From Octopus vulgaris (taxonomy: Eukaryota), in assembly GCA_951406725.2 (NCBI GenBank), contig OX597842.1, positions 34,162,001 through 34,226,000 on the forward strand: a stretch of 64,000 nt of DNA. Reading direction: 5' to 3'. A model generated the notes under the pieces. The model worked only from the letters and a program-made list of their open reading frames with translations. It had not been told where the DNA came from and made no database searches. The position numbers and the translations under genes were made by a program. Below are positions 1-14,415 of the stretch, in pieces (positions within the stretch are counted from its first letter, which is position 1; each line of letters starts with the position of its first letter).

Positions 1-89
1 GCATATATAGCACGGATTTTTGGTTATATATTTCTATAACTATCACTCAACACACACACACACGCATATGAATATATATATAGATAGAT

Positions 90-129
<40 letters not shown>

Positions 130-131
130 AT

Positions 132-182
<51 letters not shown>

Positions 183-356
183 TATGGAGGCAGATATATA
201 TGAATAATGTATATATATATATATATATGCACATGTAAGTTATGTACATGTAATAAATATATGTAAATATGTATATAATATATATATATATATAAATGTG
301 TGTATATGTATATATATATGTATATACATATATATATGTATATATACATATATGTA

Positions 357-447
<91 letters not shown>

Positions 448-459
448 TATATATATATA

Positions 460-974
460 CTAGCAGTATCGCCCGGCGTTGCTCGGTTTTGTAAGGGAAA
501 TAACTATATAAGCATTTTTAGAGAGTTACTTCCCTTATAGATGCCAATTCGGGCTTTCTTAGCCATTTCTGTTTTGGTGTCTTCAAGCCATGTAGTCGTT
601 GTTCTAAAAGAACGCTGGTCTCCTTGACAACGCATTACGACGTTGGTTTCCTTACACTCCCTTCCCCACAGCTTCACGAGGGAGGGAAGAAGGGGGAGAA
701 GCAAACAGGTGCAGGTGTTTGAGCGTGGACGCCAACTCCGCCGCCATCGACACACGAAAAATTATGCATTAAAATGGAATAAAAAATGATGTTAAATTAT
801 TTTTAAAATCGTAGACTCATCGTAGACGCGAGCTAATACTCAGACGGGCTCGATATGAATCACGACTATAAGATACCCGAATTTGGTTAAACTGCACCGC
901 AAAATGTGGGAGTAGTTAGGAATCTAAATCGTAGGAGACAGACACTCACACAACTACAGTTTTATATATATAGA
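460..974 (-). mobile_element. Non-autonomous Helitron-like element (copy 1, distinct 5'/internal region)
   Basis: On the minus strand it starts TCTATATATATAAAAC and ends with subterminal hairpin-like CCGAGCAACGCCGGG followed by CTAG. It is embedded in (TA)n with no TSD. The 3' ~65 bp are shared with 18261-18627 and 39939-40318. Confidence 0.75.
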
Positions 975-1301
975 TATATATATATAATATATATATCCCT
1001 ATGTATCAAATACGCATGTAACTTATATGTATGTTGTGTATTATATATATATAGTGCTCGTAGCTTAGATTTTCTTGGGGCCGGCCAGATTGGAGTAGTC
1101 TTGTGTGTAACCGGCCGAAACTGCAACAACGATATGGATCTCATCTGAAGATAGACAGCTCCGAATGTCCCGTCCTTATTTTTTCCTGTCCTTTTTTATA
1201 TCGTCTAACTGTTTCGATGTTCTGTTGTCGTCTGTTACGTTCTTGTTCAATTTTTTGTTTTTTGTTTTATATATGTATTTCACTTATTTCTTTACCGCAT
1301 T

Positions 1302-1355
1302 TATCACTGATGAAGGGAAGGTTCTTATGAGCTAACTCTGAAATCGGGTTCGATA
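1302..1355 (+). ncRNA. Degenerate type-I hammerhead ribozyme-like motif
   Basis: TATCA-CTGATGA-AGGG..CTCT-GAAA-TCGGGTT-CGATA; canonical core, imperfect stems I and III. Confidence 0.45.
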
Positions 1356-1441
1356 TGGTAATAACGGAATTTTTGGGAAATTTCTGCCGGCTTTCTTCGA
1401 AACGCGTGCTTGTAGAGACGAATTATAATGGTTATTGACGT

Positions 1442-1515
<74 letters not shown>

Positions 1516-1979
1516 TTAAGGGTAGAATTTGATATTAGTCAATTAAAACCAGTGGACTAGCATATTAAAAAGAATCCGTGCTGAATTTTATTTTAGTTGA
1601 GAACATAATCTTTGTGGAGAATGGCGATTTGACGACTATATCTAGCATGTTGACTGTCCACTTTTCGTGTTCAGTCCTTAATTGGTATATATATACATAT
1701 ACATATATACATATATACATACATATATACATACATATATACATATACATACATATACATATATATATATATATATACATACATATGTGTGTGTGTTTAT
1801 TTTATATGTTGAAATATAGGCACAAGGCCCGTAATATTGAATTAGAGGCGAGTAGAATACATTGTTCCCCCAAAAGTACAACTGGTGCTAAGGCTACGTT
1901 CAAAAGAAGATAGGGAGAGAGAGAGAAAGAAAGACAGATAGAAAAACGGATAGAGACAGACACAGAGGTAGATAGAATA

Positions 1980-2037
1980 ATAGATAGATAGATAGATAGA
2001 TAAATAGATAGATGGATAGATAGATAGATAGAAAGAC

Positions 2038-2072
<35 letters not shown>

Positions 2073-2077
2073 CAGAC

Positions 2078-2168
<91 letters not shown>

Positions 2169-2173
2169 CAGAC

Positions 2174-2242
<69 letters not shown>

Positions 2243-2272
2243 TATAGATAGATAAATAGATAGATAGATAGA
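1980..2272. repeat. (GATA)n/(GACA)n microsatellite
   Basis: Direct reading; source of the LSIY-repeat ORFs. Confidence 0.95.
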
Positions 2273-2769
2273 CAGAAGGGAAGAGAAAGAGAAAGAGACA
2301 GACGGAGTGAGAGGGATCATGAGATGATCTCAAGTGAATTATTCTGAAAGTTATGCGCTCCATAGGGTTTGAAACCGTATCTTGTAGATTCACTGGTTCG
2401 ATCTCTATATTAGCGGAATTGATGGTAAAAAGATTATCAAACAGATTTCTGTGAGGAGTGGGGGAGACAGAGGGGTCGGGTGTCGAGGTGGGACGGAGGG
2501 GGATTTCGTCTGGATGTATAATGGGTGTGTAGGTTTGTGGGTGTGTGGGTGTGCATTTCTTTGTTTACGGAGATATAGACAAGATAACGTTGACACACAC
2601 ATCGCATACGTGTGTGTGTGTGTGTGTGTACGTATATATGTATATATATATGTATATATATATATATAGGCATGTGTATGTATATCTATATATGTGTGTG
2701 TATAGATAAATATATAGAAATATATATATATATATATTATATATATATATATAAATATACATATATACT

Positions 2770-2800
<31 letters not shown>

Positions 2801-2931
2801 GTGTATACGTATATATATATATACATATATACATATATATATATACATATATATGTATATATATATATGTATATATATATACATATATATATGTATACAT
2901 ATATATATATATATTCATATATATGTATATG

Positions 2932-2971
<40 letters not shown>

Positions 2972-3107
2972 CCTACTTACATACATACATACATACATAT
3001 ATATATACACATATATATATATACATATGAATATATATGTGTATGAACATATATATATATGTGTGTGAACATATATATATGTATGTATGTATATATATAT
3101 ATGTGTG

Positions 3108-3198
<91 letters not shown>

Positions 3199-3608
3199 CA
3201 TACATACATATATACATACATACATACATACATATATATATATATGCCATATTCGCGTTTGAGTTTTTGTTCCTATTTACGCGTTTGTGTACAGCTCTTT
3301 GTATTGTAATAAAAATCTGCGTCGCTATTGTACGCTGTTTACATATGAATACACCTGTGACATTTTGAAAATATGAACGTGCATACATATATACACTCCA
3401 AAACGCGGACAGACGGACAGACGGACAGACGGACAGACAGACAGACAGGCATGCAAGCAGACAGACAAACAGATAGATAGCTGTATGTATGGATGAATGG
3501 ATGGATGGATGGATAGATAGATAAGTGCTTGTGTGCGCCTGTTGTGTGTGTGAATATATGTACATATATATATGTGAGTGTGTGCGTGTGTGTACCTTTC
3601 TGCGTATC

Positions 3609-3790
<182 letters not shown>

Positions 3791-3904
3791 GACACAATGG
3801 GGAGGAGGAGAACAAACAGATATATATATAGAGAATATATCACGAAGTATTTAATATAGATACAGTCACATTTGATATACATACAGGTTGAATAAACTGT
3901 ATGC

Positions 3905-3961
<57 letters not shown>

Positions 3962-4005
3962 TGTATATATTTATATGTATTAATTTATATATATATATAT
4001 ATACG

Positions 4006-4048
<43 letters not shown>

Positions 4049-4282
4049 GTATATATATGGGTTCTTGCATGTCTATCCGTAGCTGTGTTTGTTTATGTGC
4101 CACTATGAATGTATACATGTACATAGCTGTGTATATGGTCGGATATGTGTGTGTGTATATATGTTCTTGTATATGTTTGATGTACATTGAAGAAGTGTGC
4201 CTATATGAATGTATGTATATGCGAAAGTATACATTCATATATGGTACTGCGTTTGTTTGCCTGTGTAGTTTTCAGTATAGAG

Positions 4283-4316
<34 letters not shown>

Positions 4317-4540
4317 TTTATGACAAACACACATAGACACATATACAAACATATATATATACACAGCTATATGTATAAATAGATAATTTTGTTTCTGTGT
4401 GTGTGTGCAGGTTCCTATGTGCATTTCAACGTGTGTGCCTTTGGGTGTGTGTATATACATATACACACTAGGTGTGAGTATATATATATACATATATGCA
4501 TACATATATATATATATATATATGTATACACATCATCATG

Positions 4541-4577
<37 letters not shown>

Positions 4578-4751
4578 TTATATATGTATATATGAATATC
4601 TATATATATGTGCATCTATATATGCATATATATATATATGTATATATATATACATGTATATATATTTGTGGTGAGGCTGTGTATTTATATGAGCATGCAT
4701 ATACACTCTAGAGTGTAGGCATATATATATATATGTGTGTGTGTGTACATA

Positions 4752-4909
<158 letters not shown>

Positions 4910-5110
4910 CATATATACATATATATGTAGGTATGGTGATGGAGTATGCCTGTAGGAATGTATGTAGAGATAACCTCTCATACGTATGCGCAGATTGACA
5001 TACCGTTGGTCATGCATGCACAGCATAGTTGTCTCCCTTCACTACACACATAATCACTCCCTGGCACCGAGATAAACAAGGAGCGACAAATACATATGAA
5101 TGTATGTATG

Positions 5111-5155
<45 letters not shown>

Positions 5156-5216
5156 ATATATATATATATGTATGTATGTACATATATATGTAGGTAAGTA
5201 TATATATGTACGTATG

Positions 5217-5247
<31 letters not shown>

Positions 5248-5249
<2 letters not shown>

Positions 5250-5643
5250 GAGTGGCTGTGTGGTAAGTAGCTTGCTTACCAACCACATGGTTCCGGGTTC
5301 AGTCCCACTGCGTGGCACCTTGAACAGGTGTCTTCTGCTATAGCCTCGGGCCGACCAATGCCTTGTGAGTGGATTTGGTAGACGGAAACTGAAAGAAGCC
5401 TGTCGTATATATGTATATGTGTATATGTGTTTGTGTGTCTGTGTTTGTCCCCCTAGCATTGCTTGACAACCGATGCTGGTGTGTTTACTTCCCCGTCACT
5501 TAGCGGTCGGCAAAAGAGACCGATAGAATAAGTACTGGGCTTACAACGAATAAGTCCTGGGGTCGATTTGCTCGACTAAAGGCGGTGCTCCAGCATGGCC
5601 CCAGTCAAATGACTGAAACAAGTAAAAGAGTAAAAAGAGTAAA
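5248..5643 (+). mobile_element. SINE family A (tRNA-like head, internal (TA)/(TG) tract, LINE-like tail), near full length
   Basis: A-box-like TGGCTGTGTGG and B-box-like GGTTCAGTCCC; tail GGCGGTGCTCCAGCATGGCC..TGACTGAAACAAGTAAAAGAG; more than 14 related copies in the window. Confidence 0.9.
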
Positions 5644-5842
5644 TATATATGTATGTATGTGTGCGTGTATGTATGTGTTGATATACATGACCATACATAC
5701 AGTGATATAGAGATGCATATATATTTTGTTATATATATATATACCTCTGTTTATGTGTGTGTATATATACATGTATATATACCCTTAAACATGTTGAAAT
5801 ACTTATACAAAGAGAGAGATATATAGACATTAGTGGTAGACT

Positions 5843-5940
<98 letters not shown>

Positions 5941-6045
5941 CACATTTATGTGTGCGTGTGTGTAGATTTATCCTTCTACATATATCAATTTATATATATC
6001 TATCTTGCTGACTATGTGTGTATGTGTGTATATGTATATATGTTT

Positions 6046-6080
<35 letters not shown>

Positions 6081-6162
6081 GTATGTATATGTATGAATAT
6101 ATGTATTTACGTGTGTATTTGCATATATTTTATGTATATATGTGTGTGTGTGTGTGTGTGTG

Positions 6163-6398
<236 letters not shown>

Positions 6399-6973
6399 GA
6401 TAGAGAGAGAGAGAGAGATATGCATATGTATATATGTAAATACATTTATCTAGATATATGTGTATATATATTTTCGTATGCATGTGTTTGTTTGCGTGTG
6501 CGTACGTGACTGTGTGTGCGTGTACGTGTGTGACTATGTGTGAGTGTGACTATTTGTGACTATGTGTGAGTGTGAGTGTGTCTGTTTGTGTGTGTTTGTG
6601 TGTGTGTATGTGTGTGTGTGTGTGTGTGTTTATGAATATTTTCATACGGAACCACAATTTCCTCAACACCGGCACCACCAACAGCACGAAGAACAACCAC
6701 GGCCACGACGACAGCCATAAGCACCTCCGTGACCTCCACCACTCCACCTAACCGCGCACGAAAAACCACCACCACCACCACCGCCGCCGCCGCCGCCACC
6801 TCCTCACAACCCACCCACCCACCCCTTTTCTACTCTGTAAACCTAGCGATGTGTGTTCGATGTTCCGGCATGCTTAGCACCTGTGCGCAACCAGGCAGAA
6901 TACGATGCCATGTTCTTCGAAAATGGTAAAACGGGGTGCATCTGCTTCACTGCAAGAGTGAACGGCGTGTAGG

Positions 6974-7015
<42 letters not shown>

Positions 7016-7028
7016 CATATATATCTCT

Positions 7029-7150
<122 letters not shown>

Positions 7151-7176
7151 ATATATATATACATATATATCTCTCT

Positions 7177-7207
<31 letters not shown>

Positions 7208-7474
7208 ACGCACGTACATACAGACATATATATATATATATACATATATATCTGACACACACACATACACACACACTCACACACACGCACACACGCTCAC
7301 ACACACAAACCTTCACGTACAACCAGACATATATATATACATATATATCTCACACACACATACATATGTACTAATACAAACATTTGCATGTACGTATATA
7401 CATATATACACACATGCACAAGCACAGACATGGAGCTTACACACGCACACACTCGCACACAAACACTTACGTAC

Positions 7475-7698
7475 AACCAGACATATATATACATATATAT
7501 CTCTCACACACACATATACATATATACTAACACAAACATTTACATGTGTGTATATACATATATATATACACACACACACACTCACACACACACACACACA
7601 CAAAAATTCAGGTACACACAGACATATATATATACATATATATCTCTCACACACACATATACATATATACTAACACAAACATTTACATGTGTGTATAT

Positions 7699-7743
<45 letters not shown>

Positions 7744-8116
7744 CAGGTACACACAGACATATATATATACATATATATCTCTCACACACACATATACATA
7801 TATACTAACACAAACATTTACATGTGTGTATATACATATATATATACACACACACACACTCACACACACACACACACACAAAAATTCAGGTACACACAGA
7901 CATATATATATACATATATATCTCTCACACACACATATACATATATACTAACACAAACATTTACATGTGTGTATATACATATACACACACACACACACAC
8001 ACACTCACACACACACACACAAAAATTCAGGTACACACAGACATATATATATACATATATATCTCTCACACACACATATACATATATACTAACACAAACA
8101 TTTACATGTGTGTATA

Positions 8117-8192
<76 letters not shown>

Positions 8193-8228
8193 CAGGTACA
8201 CACAGACATATATATATACATATATATC
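7475..8228. repeat. Minisatellite, five ~135-165 bp units built from CA/TA microsatellites
   Basis: Anchor AAAATTCAGGTACACACAGAC recurs near 7602, 7737, 7880, 8021 and 8187; unit length varies with the (CA)n tract. Confidence 0.9.
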
Positions 8229-8653
8229 TGACACGCACAAACACATACACATAGGTACATACTAACACAAACATTTACATGTACGTATATACATATATAC
8301 ACACATACACAAGCACAGACATGGACGCTTACATACACACATACATGTGTTTATACGGAATTACATACACACACTAGAACATGTACAGATACAGACATAT
8401 ACGTGCGCACACACACATATATACATACATATATATCCTATATATGTATGTATATATATGCGTATATATGTATACGTATATACTTACACAAACATATGCG
8501 CACATGTATGTATATATAGATAGATACACAAACACATATAGTCACAGACACAAATACACACACACATATACACGCTCATACATAGGCATACGCAATTCAT
8601 AAGCTTCTACTAACGTATGTACACATGCAGGCATACACACCCACCCACACACC

Positions 8654-8685
<32 letters not shown>

Positions 8686-9034
8686 CAAAAGGGACATTAG
8701 CCATTTGAATGTGGCTAGGGACAGGGCAGGGCGGTGGGGGTGTTACTGATGCATTTAGCCCCAGGCGATCATCAACGTCACCAGATAGGCTGACACCATC
8801 ACGGTGTCCTCTATCCTGCAAAGGGAGAACATTCCCCGAAGAAGCGGATGCCACAGACGGACCCAGGTTTCGAGGTGTTTGCCTCTCGTCAACGTATGGT
8901 AGGCACCGCATATATATATATACGTATACATATGTATATGTATACATATATGTGCACACACGCCAATTCATAAGCATCAACGCATACGCATATAATATAT
9001 ATATATATATATGTACGTGTGTCTCTCTCTCTCT

Positions 9035-9253
9035 CTTTACTCTTTTACTTGTTTCAGTCATTTGACTGCGGCCATGCTGGAGCACCGCCTTTAATCGAGC
9101 AACTCCATTCCGGGACTTATTCTTTTGTAAGCCCAGTACTTATTCTATCGGTCTCTTTTGCCGAACCGCTAGGGAACGGGGATATAAACACACCTATATC
9201 GGTTGTCAAGCAATGCTCAGGGGGATAAACACAGACACACAAACACAGACACG

Positions 9254-9255
<2 letters not shown>
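9035..9255 (-). mobile_element. SINE family A, 3' half
   Basis: Reverse complement of the family A tail, broken at the internal microsatellite. Confidence 0.85.
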
Positions 9256-9315
<60 letters not shown>

Positions 9316-9324
9316 TACGTCAGG

Positions 9325-9396
<72 letters not shown>

Positions 9397-9543
9397 AGGA
9401 AGCTTACAACCACATGGTTCCGGGTTCAAACATAACAACACAGACACAAACGTACACGCTCAGGAACACAGACACGCATATAACGGAACACACGCGGTCA
9501 CATTTTGAATGAAAGCTTATCTAACAAAATCCACTCACAAGAC

Positions 9544-9614
<71 letters not shown>

Positions 9615-9616
<2 letters not shown>

Positions 9617-10022
9617 CGCAGGAGTGGCTGTGTGGTAAGTAGCTTGCTAACCAACCACATGGTTCCGGGTTCAGTCCCACTGCGTGGCATCTTGGGCAAG
9701 TGTCTTCTGCTATAGCCCCGGGCCGACCAATGCCTTGTGAGTGGATTTGGTAGACGGAAACTGAAAGAAGCCTGTCGTATATATGTATATATACATATGT
9801 ATGTGTGTGCGTTTGTGTGTCTGTGTTTGTCCCCCTAGCATTGCTTGACAACCGATGCTGGTGTGTTTACGTCCCCGTCACTTAGCGGTTCGGCAAAACA
9901 GACCGATAGAACAAGTACTGGGCTTACAAAGAATAAGTCCCGGGGTCGATTTGCTCGACTAAAGGCGGTGCTCCAGCATGGCCGCAGTCAAATGACTGAA
10001 ACAAATAAAAGAGTAAAAGAGT
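9615..10022 (+). mobile_element. SINE family A, full length
   Basis: Runs GGCGCAGGAGTGGCTGTGTGG to GAGTAAAAGAG; flanked by (TA)n. Confidence 0.9.
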
Positions 10023-10032
10023 ATACATATAC

Positions 10033-10096
<64 letters not shown>

Positions 10097-10479
10097 TTAT
10101 GTTTATATATACATATGTGTGTGTGTTTGGTGGTTGCATACCCAAGACATTTTGCATGTTCCATTTGCAAATTATGAATTTTAGGATTATTACGTGACTC
10201 CAAGTTTCCTGAAACAGCTGTAGAGTTAAAATATTATGTATTCGCTTTTTAGTATCCTGTATCATTTATACTCCATCTAAATATATTTGTACATATATAC
10301 ATGTGTGTGCATGTGTGTGTGTGTGTGTGTCTGTGTGCGTGTTTATCTTTCTGAATATATGTAGATATGTATGTGTGTGTGTGTCTGTGTATATATATAT
10401 GTGTGTGTGTGAAGCGTAATTTTGTTCATCTGCTTCACTACTCCCTCCTCTTTTTCTCTCTCTCTCACACACTATATAT

Positions 10480-10530
10480 ACACGTGTGTGTGCATGTGTG
10501 TGTGTGTGTGTTTGTGTGTGTGTGTACGTG

Positions 10531-10561
<31 letters not shown>

Positions 10562-10644
10562 TTGTGTGTGTGTGTATGTGTGTGTGTGTGTGTTTGTGTG
10601 TGCTTGTGTGTGTGTGTGTGTGTTTGTGTATGTGTGTGTGTGTG

Positions 10645-10681
<37 letters not shown>

Positions 10682-10753
10682 ATGTGTGTGTGTGTGTGTG
10701 CTTATGTGTGTGTGTGTGTGTGTATGTGTGTGTCTGCTTATGTGTGTGTGTGT

Positions 10754-10792
<39 letters not shown>

Positions 10793-10802
10793 TGTGTGTG
10801 TG
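10480..10802. repeat. Imperfect (TG)n microsatellite
   Basis: Direct reading. Confidence 0.95.
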
Positions 10803-11160
10803 TTTATATTCGTAACACAATCCATTCTCTCATTGGAGACACTATTTTATTTCATTCTTTCTCCATTTTCCGCAGCTGTTGCATTTATTATTTTTTTTTC
10901 CCTGGTCATTCATCTCAAGCCGCCATTTTGTTCTAAACACATAACCGCCCTCACATCATCCGGTCAAAAGAAGAAAAAAAAAACTATCTGCAGCTTTCTT
11001 TGTAGTTCCTTAAAAGTCCATTCACTTAACTTCAAGGTCCAGCTGTTTCCTGTCATTCTCGCCAGGGGATCTGCTCGCTTCCATTCCGAGAATACCGTGG
11101 TCGCCATCTTAATTTTGTATTCTTTGCGCAGACTTTTTCCTTTCCTTTCCGTAAACTGAT

Positions 11161-11582
11161 ACTCTCTCTCTCTTTATTCTTTTATTTGTTTCAGTCATTT
11201 TGACTGCGGCCATGCTGGAGCACCGCCTTCAGTCGAGCAAATCGACCCCGGGACTTATTCTTTGTAAGCCCAGTACTTGTTCTATCGGTCTGTTTTGCCG
11301 AACCGCTAGGTGACGGGGACATAAACACACTAGCATCGGTTGTCAAGCAATGCTAGGGGGACAAACACAGACACACAAACACATACACACACACACACAC
11401 ATATATATATATACATATATACGACAGGCGTCTTTCAGTTTCCGTCTACCAAATCCACTCACAAGACTTTGGTCGGCCCGAGGCTATAGTAGAAGACACT
11501 TGCCCAAGATGCCACGCAGTGGGACTGAACCCGGAACCATGTGGTTGGTTAGCAAGCTACTTACCACACAGCCACTCCTGCA
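11161..11582 (-). mobile_element. SINE family A, full length, flanked by an 87-bp direct repeat
   Basis: Reverse complement of family A; flanks 11074-11160 and 11583-11669 are near-identical. Confidence 0.9.
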
Positions 11583-11744
11583 CTCGCTTCCATTCCGAGA
11601 ACACCGTTGTCGCCATCTTAATTTTGTATTCTTTGCGCAGAATTTTTCGTTTCCTTTCCGTAAACTGATGAATATTATTCTTTCGTGAGTTCATAGCATC
11701 ATTCTCCTCGCTAAATATATACACATTCCGTTATTCTATCATTC

Positions 11745-12063
11745 GTTTATTCTTTTACTTGCTTCGGTCATTTGACTGCGGCCATGCTGGAGCACCGGCT
11801 TTAGGCGAGCAAATCGCCCCAGGACTTATTCTGGAGCATCGCCTTGAAGGGTTTTTAAGTCAAACAGCTCGACATCCAGGAATTATTCTTTCTAAGCCTA
11901 GTGCTTATTCTGTCGGAGTCTTTTGCCGAACATTTAAGTTACGGGGACGTAAATACACCAACATCGGTTGTCAAGCGATGGTAGGGGGGCAAACACAGAC
12001 TCAAAAGCACACACGCATAAACATATACATACATACATACATACATACATACATACATACATG

Positions 12064-12103
<40 letters not shown>

Positions 12104-12264
12104 ACAAGCTTCTTTCAGTTTCCGTCTTCCAGATCCACTCTCAAGGCTTAGGTCAGCCCGAAGCTATAGCAGAAGACGTTTGCCCAAGGTGAGATGCAGT
12201 GGGACTGAACCCGGAACCATTTGATCGGGAAGCAAGCTTCTTACCGCTCACTCACGCCTGCACC
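11745..12264 (-). mobile_element. SINE family A, diverged, with partly duplicated tail
   Basis: Reverse-complement match; the CTGGAGCA(C/T)CG segment occurs twice (~11787 and ~11831). Confidence 0.8.
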
Positions 12265-12286
12265 TATACACATACACACACCCACT

Positions 12287-12348
<62 letters not shown>

Positions 12349-12587
12349 ATAACGTGAAATATTAAACTTCAGATAGAATAAGGTAAAAATATAGCTAAGA
12401 ATAAAAGGTGTATAGATTGTATATTTTGGTTGAAGGAATGGGGCCTGGAAACAAAAAGTTGTAAGGGACCTCTAAAAGTCACGCGACGGAGCACTAGTAA
12501 TTTCACGTTGTTCCAATTCATTCCACTGGCAAAAATGAATTGTACATATATTTCAAAGGGCCAGCCAAATAACTCCCTCAGAACAAC

Positions 12588-12702
12588 ATTAAGGGTACGT
12601 GTGCCTCTGGAGTACTCAGTCAGCTGAACGTTAATTTCACGATGAGGTTGTTCCGTTGATCCGTCAGCCGGAACGCTCATCGTCGCAACCGACGGAGCAC
12701 CA
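12588..12702 (+). mobile_element. SINE family C, 3' fragment
   Basis: Similar to 63783-63896 and to the minus-strand copy at 20085-20320. Confidence 0.65.
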
Positions 12703-12887
12703 CTTATTTGACATTGTTCCTAACCACTGAGCTAACAAAAAAGAATTAGTTGTACATGAGTTTTAAGTCATTTTTTAACCTGGTCACTCCCTGAGAATTA
12801 CGTTGAGGGCAGGCGCATCCGTGGAGCGCTTCAGCCGCTTGCAAATTAATCTCAAGAAGAGGTTGTTCCATTCATCATATCAATTGG

Positions 12888-13266
12888 AAAAAAGATGGGT
12901 GAATGTAGCAAGGATGGCACATATGAATGACGAAGCCACTTTGAGCATGATCCTATGAACCGGGAAAAATTTAAAACATGTGGTAACATGTAACATTATT
13001 GACCGAAGTTACCGTGCTCTTTTCCGTAGGCTTTTCTTTCCACTGATAAACCTTAACTGCTTCCCCCTTTACACTTTATATCATGACATTTCTGTGATAC
13101 ACGATCCCTATTGATCGTTTTTTTCTTGTTCTTTTTTTCTTTTCCTTCTTTTCTTTCCCTTTTACGATCCCTTTTGATCGAAAACCTACCCAACTTTAAA
13201 AAAAAGCTCTACTTTGTAATCTGTCCCGTCAGTGTGCAGCCCTGTGTAGCTAATTAAAGAAACATC
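12888..13266 (+). mobile_element. Tx1/L1-like LINE 3' end (older copy), followed by (TATC)n
   Basis: Reverse-complement homology to 13507-13970 (AAAGATGGGTGAATGTAGCAAG..GTGCAGCCCTGTGTAGCTAATTAAAGAAACA). Confidence 0.85.
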
Positions 13267-13269
13267 TAT

Positions 13270-14400
<1,131 letters not shown>

Positions 14401-14415
14401 AGATAGATAGATAGA

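Noticed and set aside
8690-8910. Possible minus-strand exon after TTCTCCCTTTGCAG (DRGHRDGVSLSGDVDDRLG..)
   Set aside because: No convincing donor and no recognisable protein; could equally be regulatory or a repeat fragment.
9615-9690. tRNA genes at SINE heads
   Set aside because: A/B-box-like motifs are present but there is no complete cloverleaf, and each continues into a SINE body.
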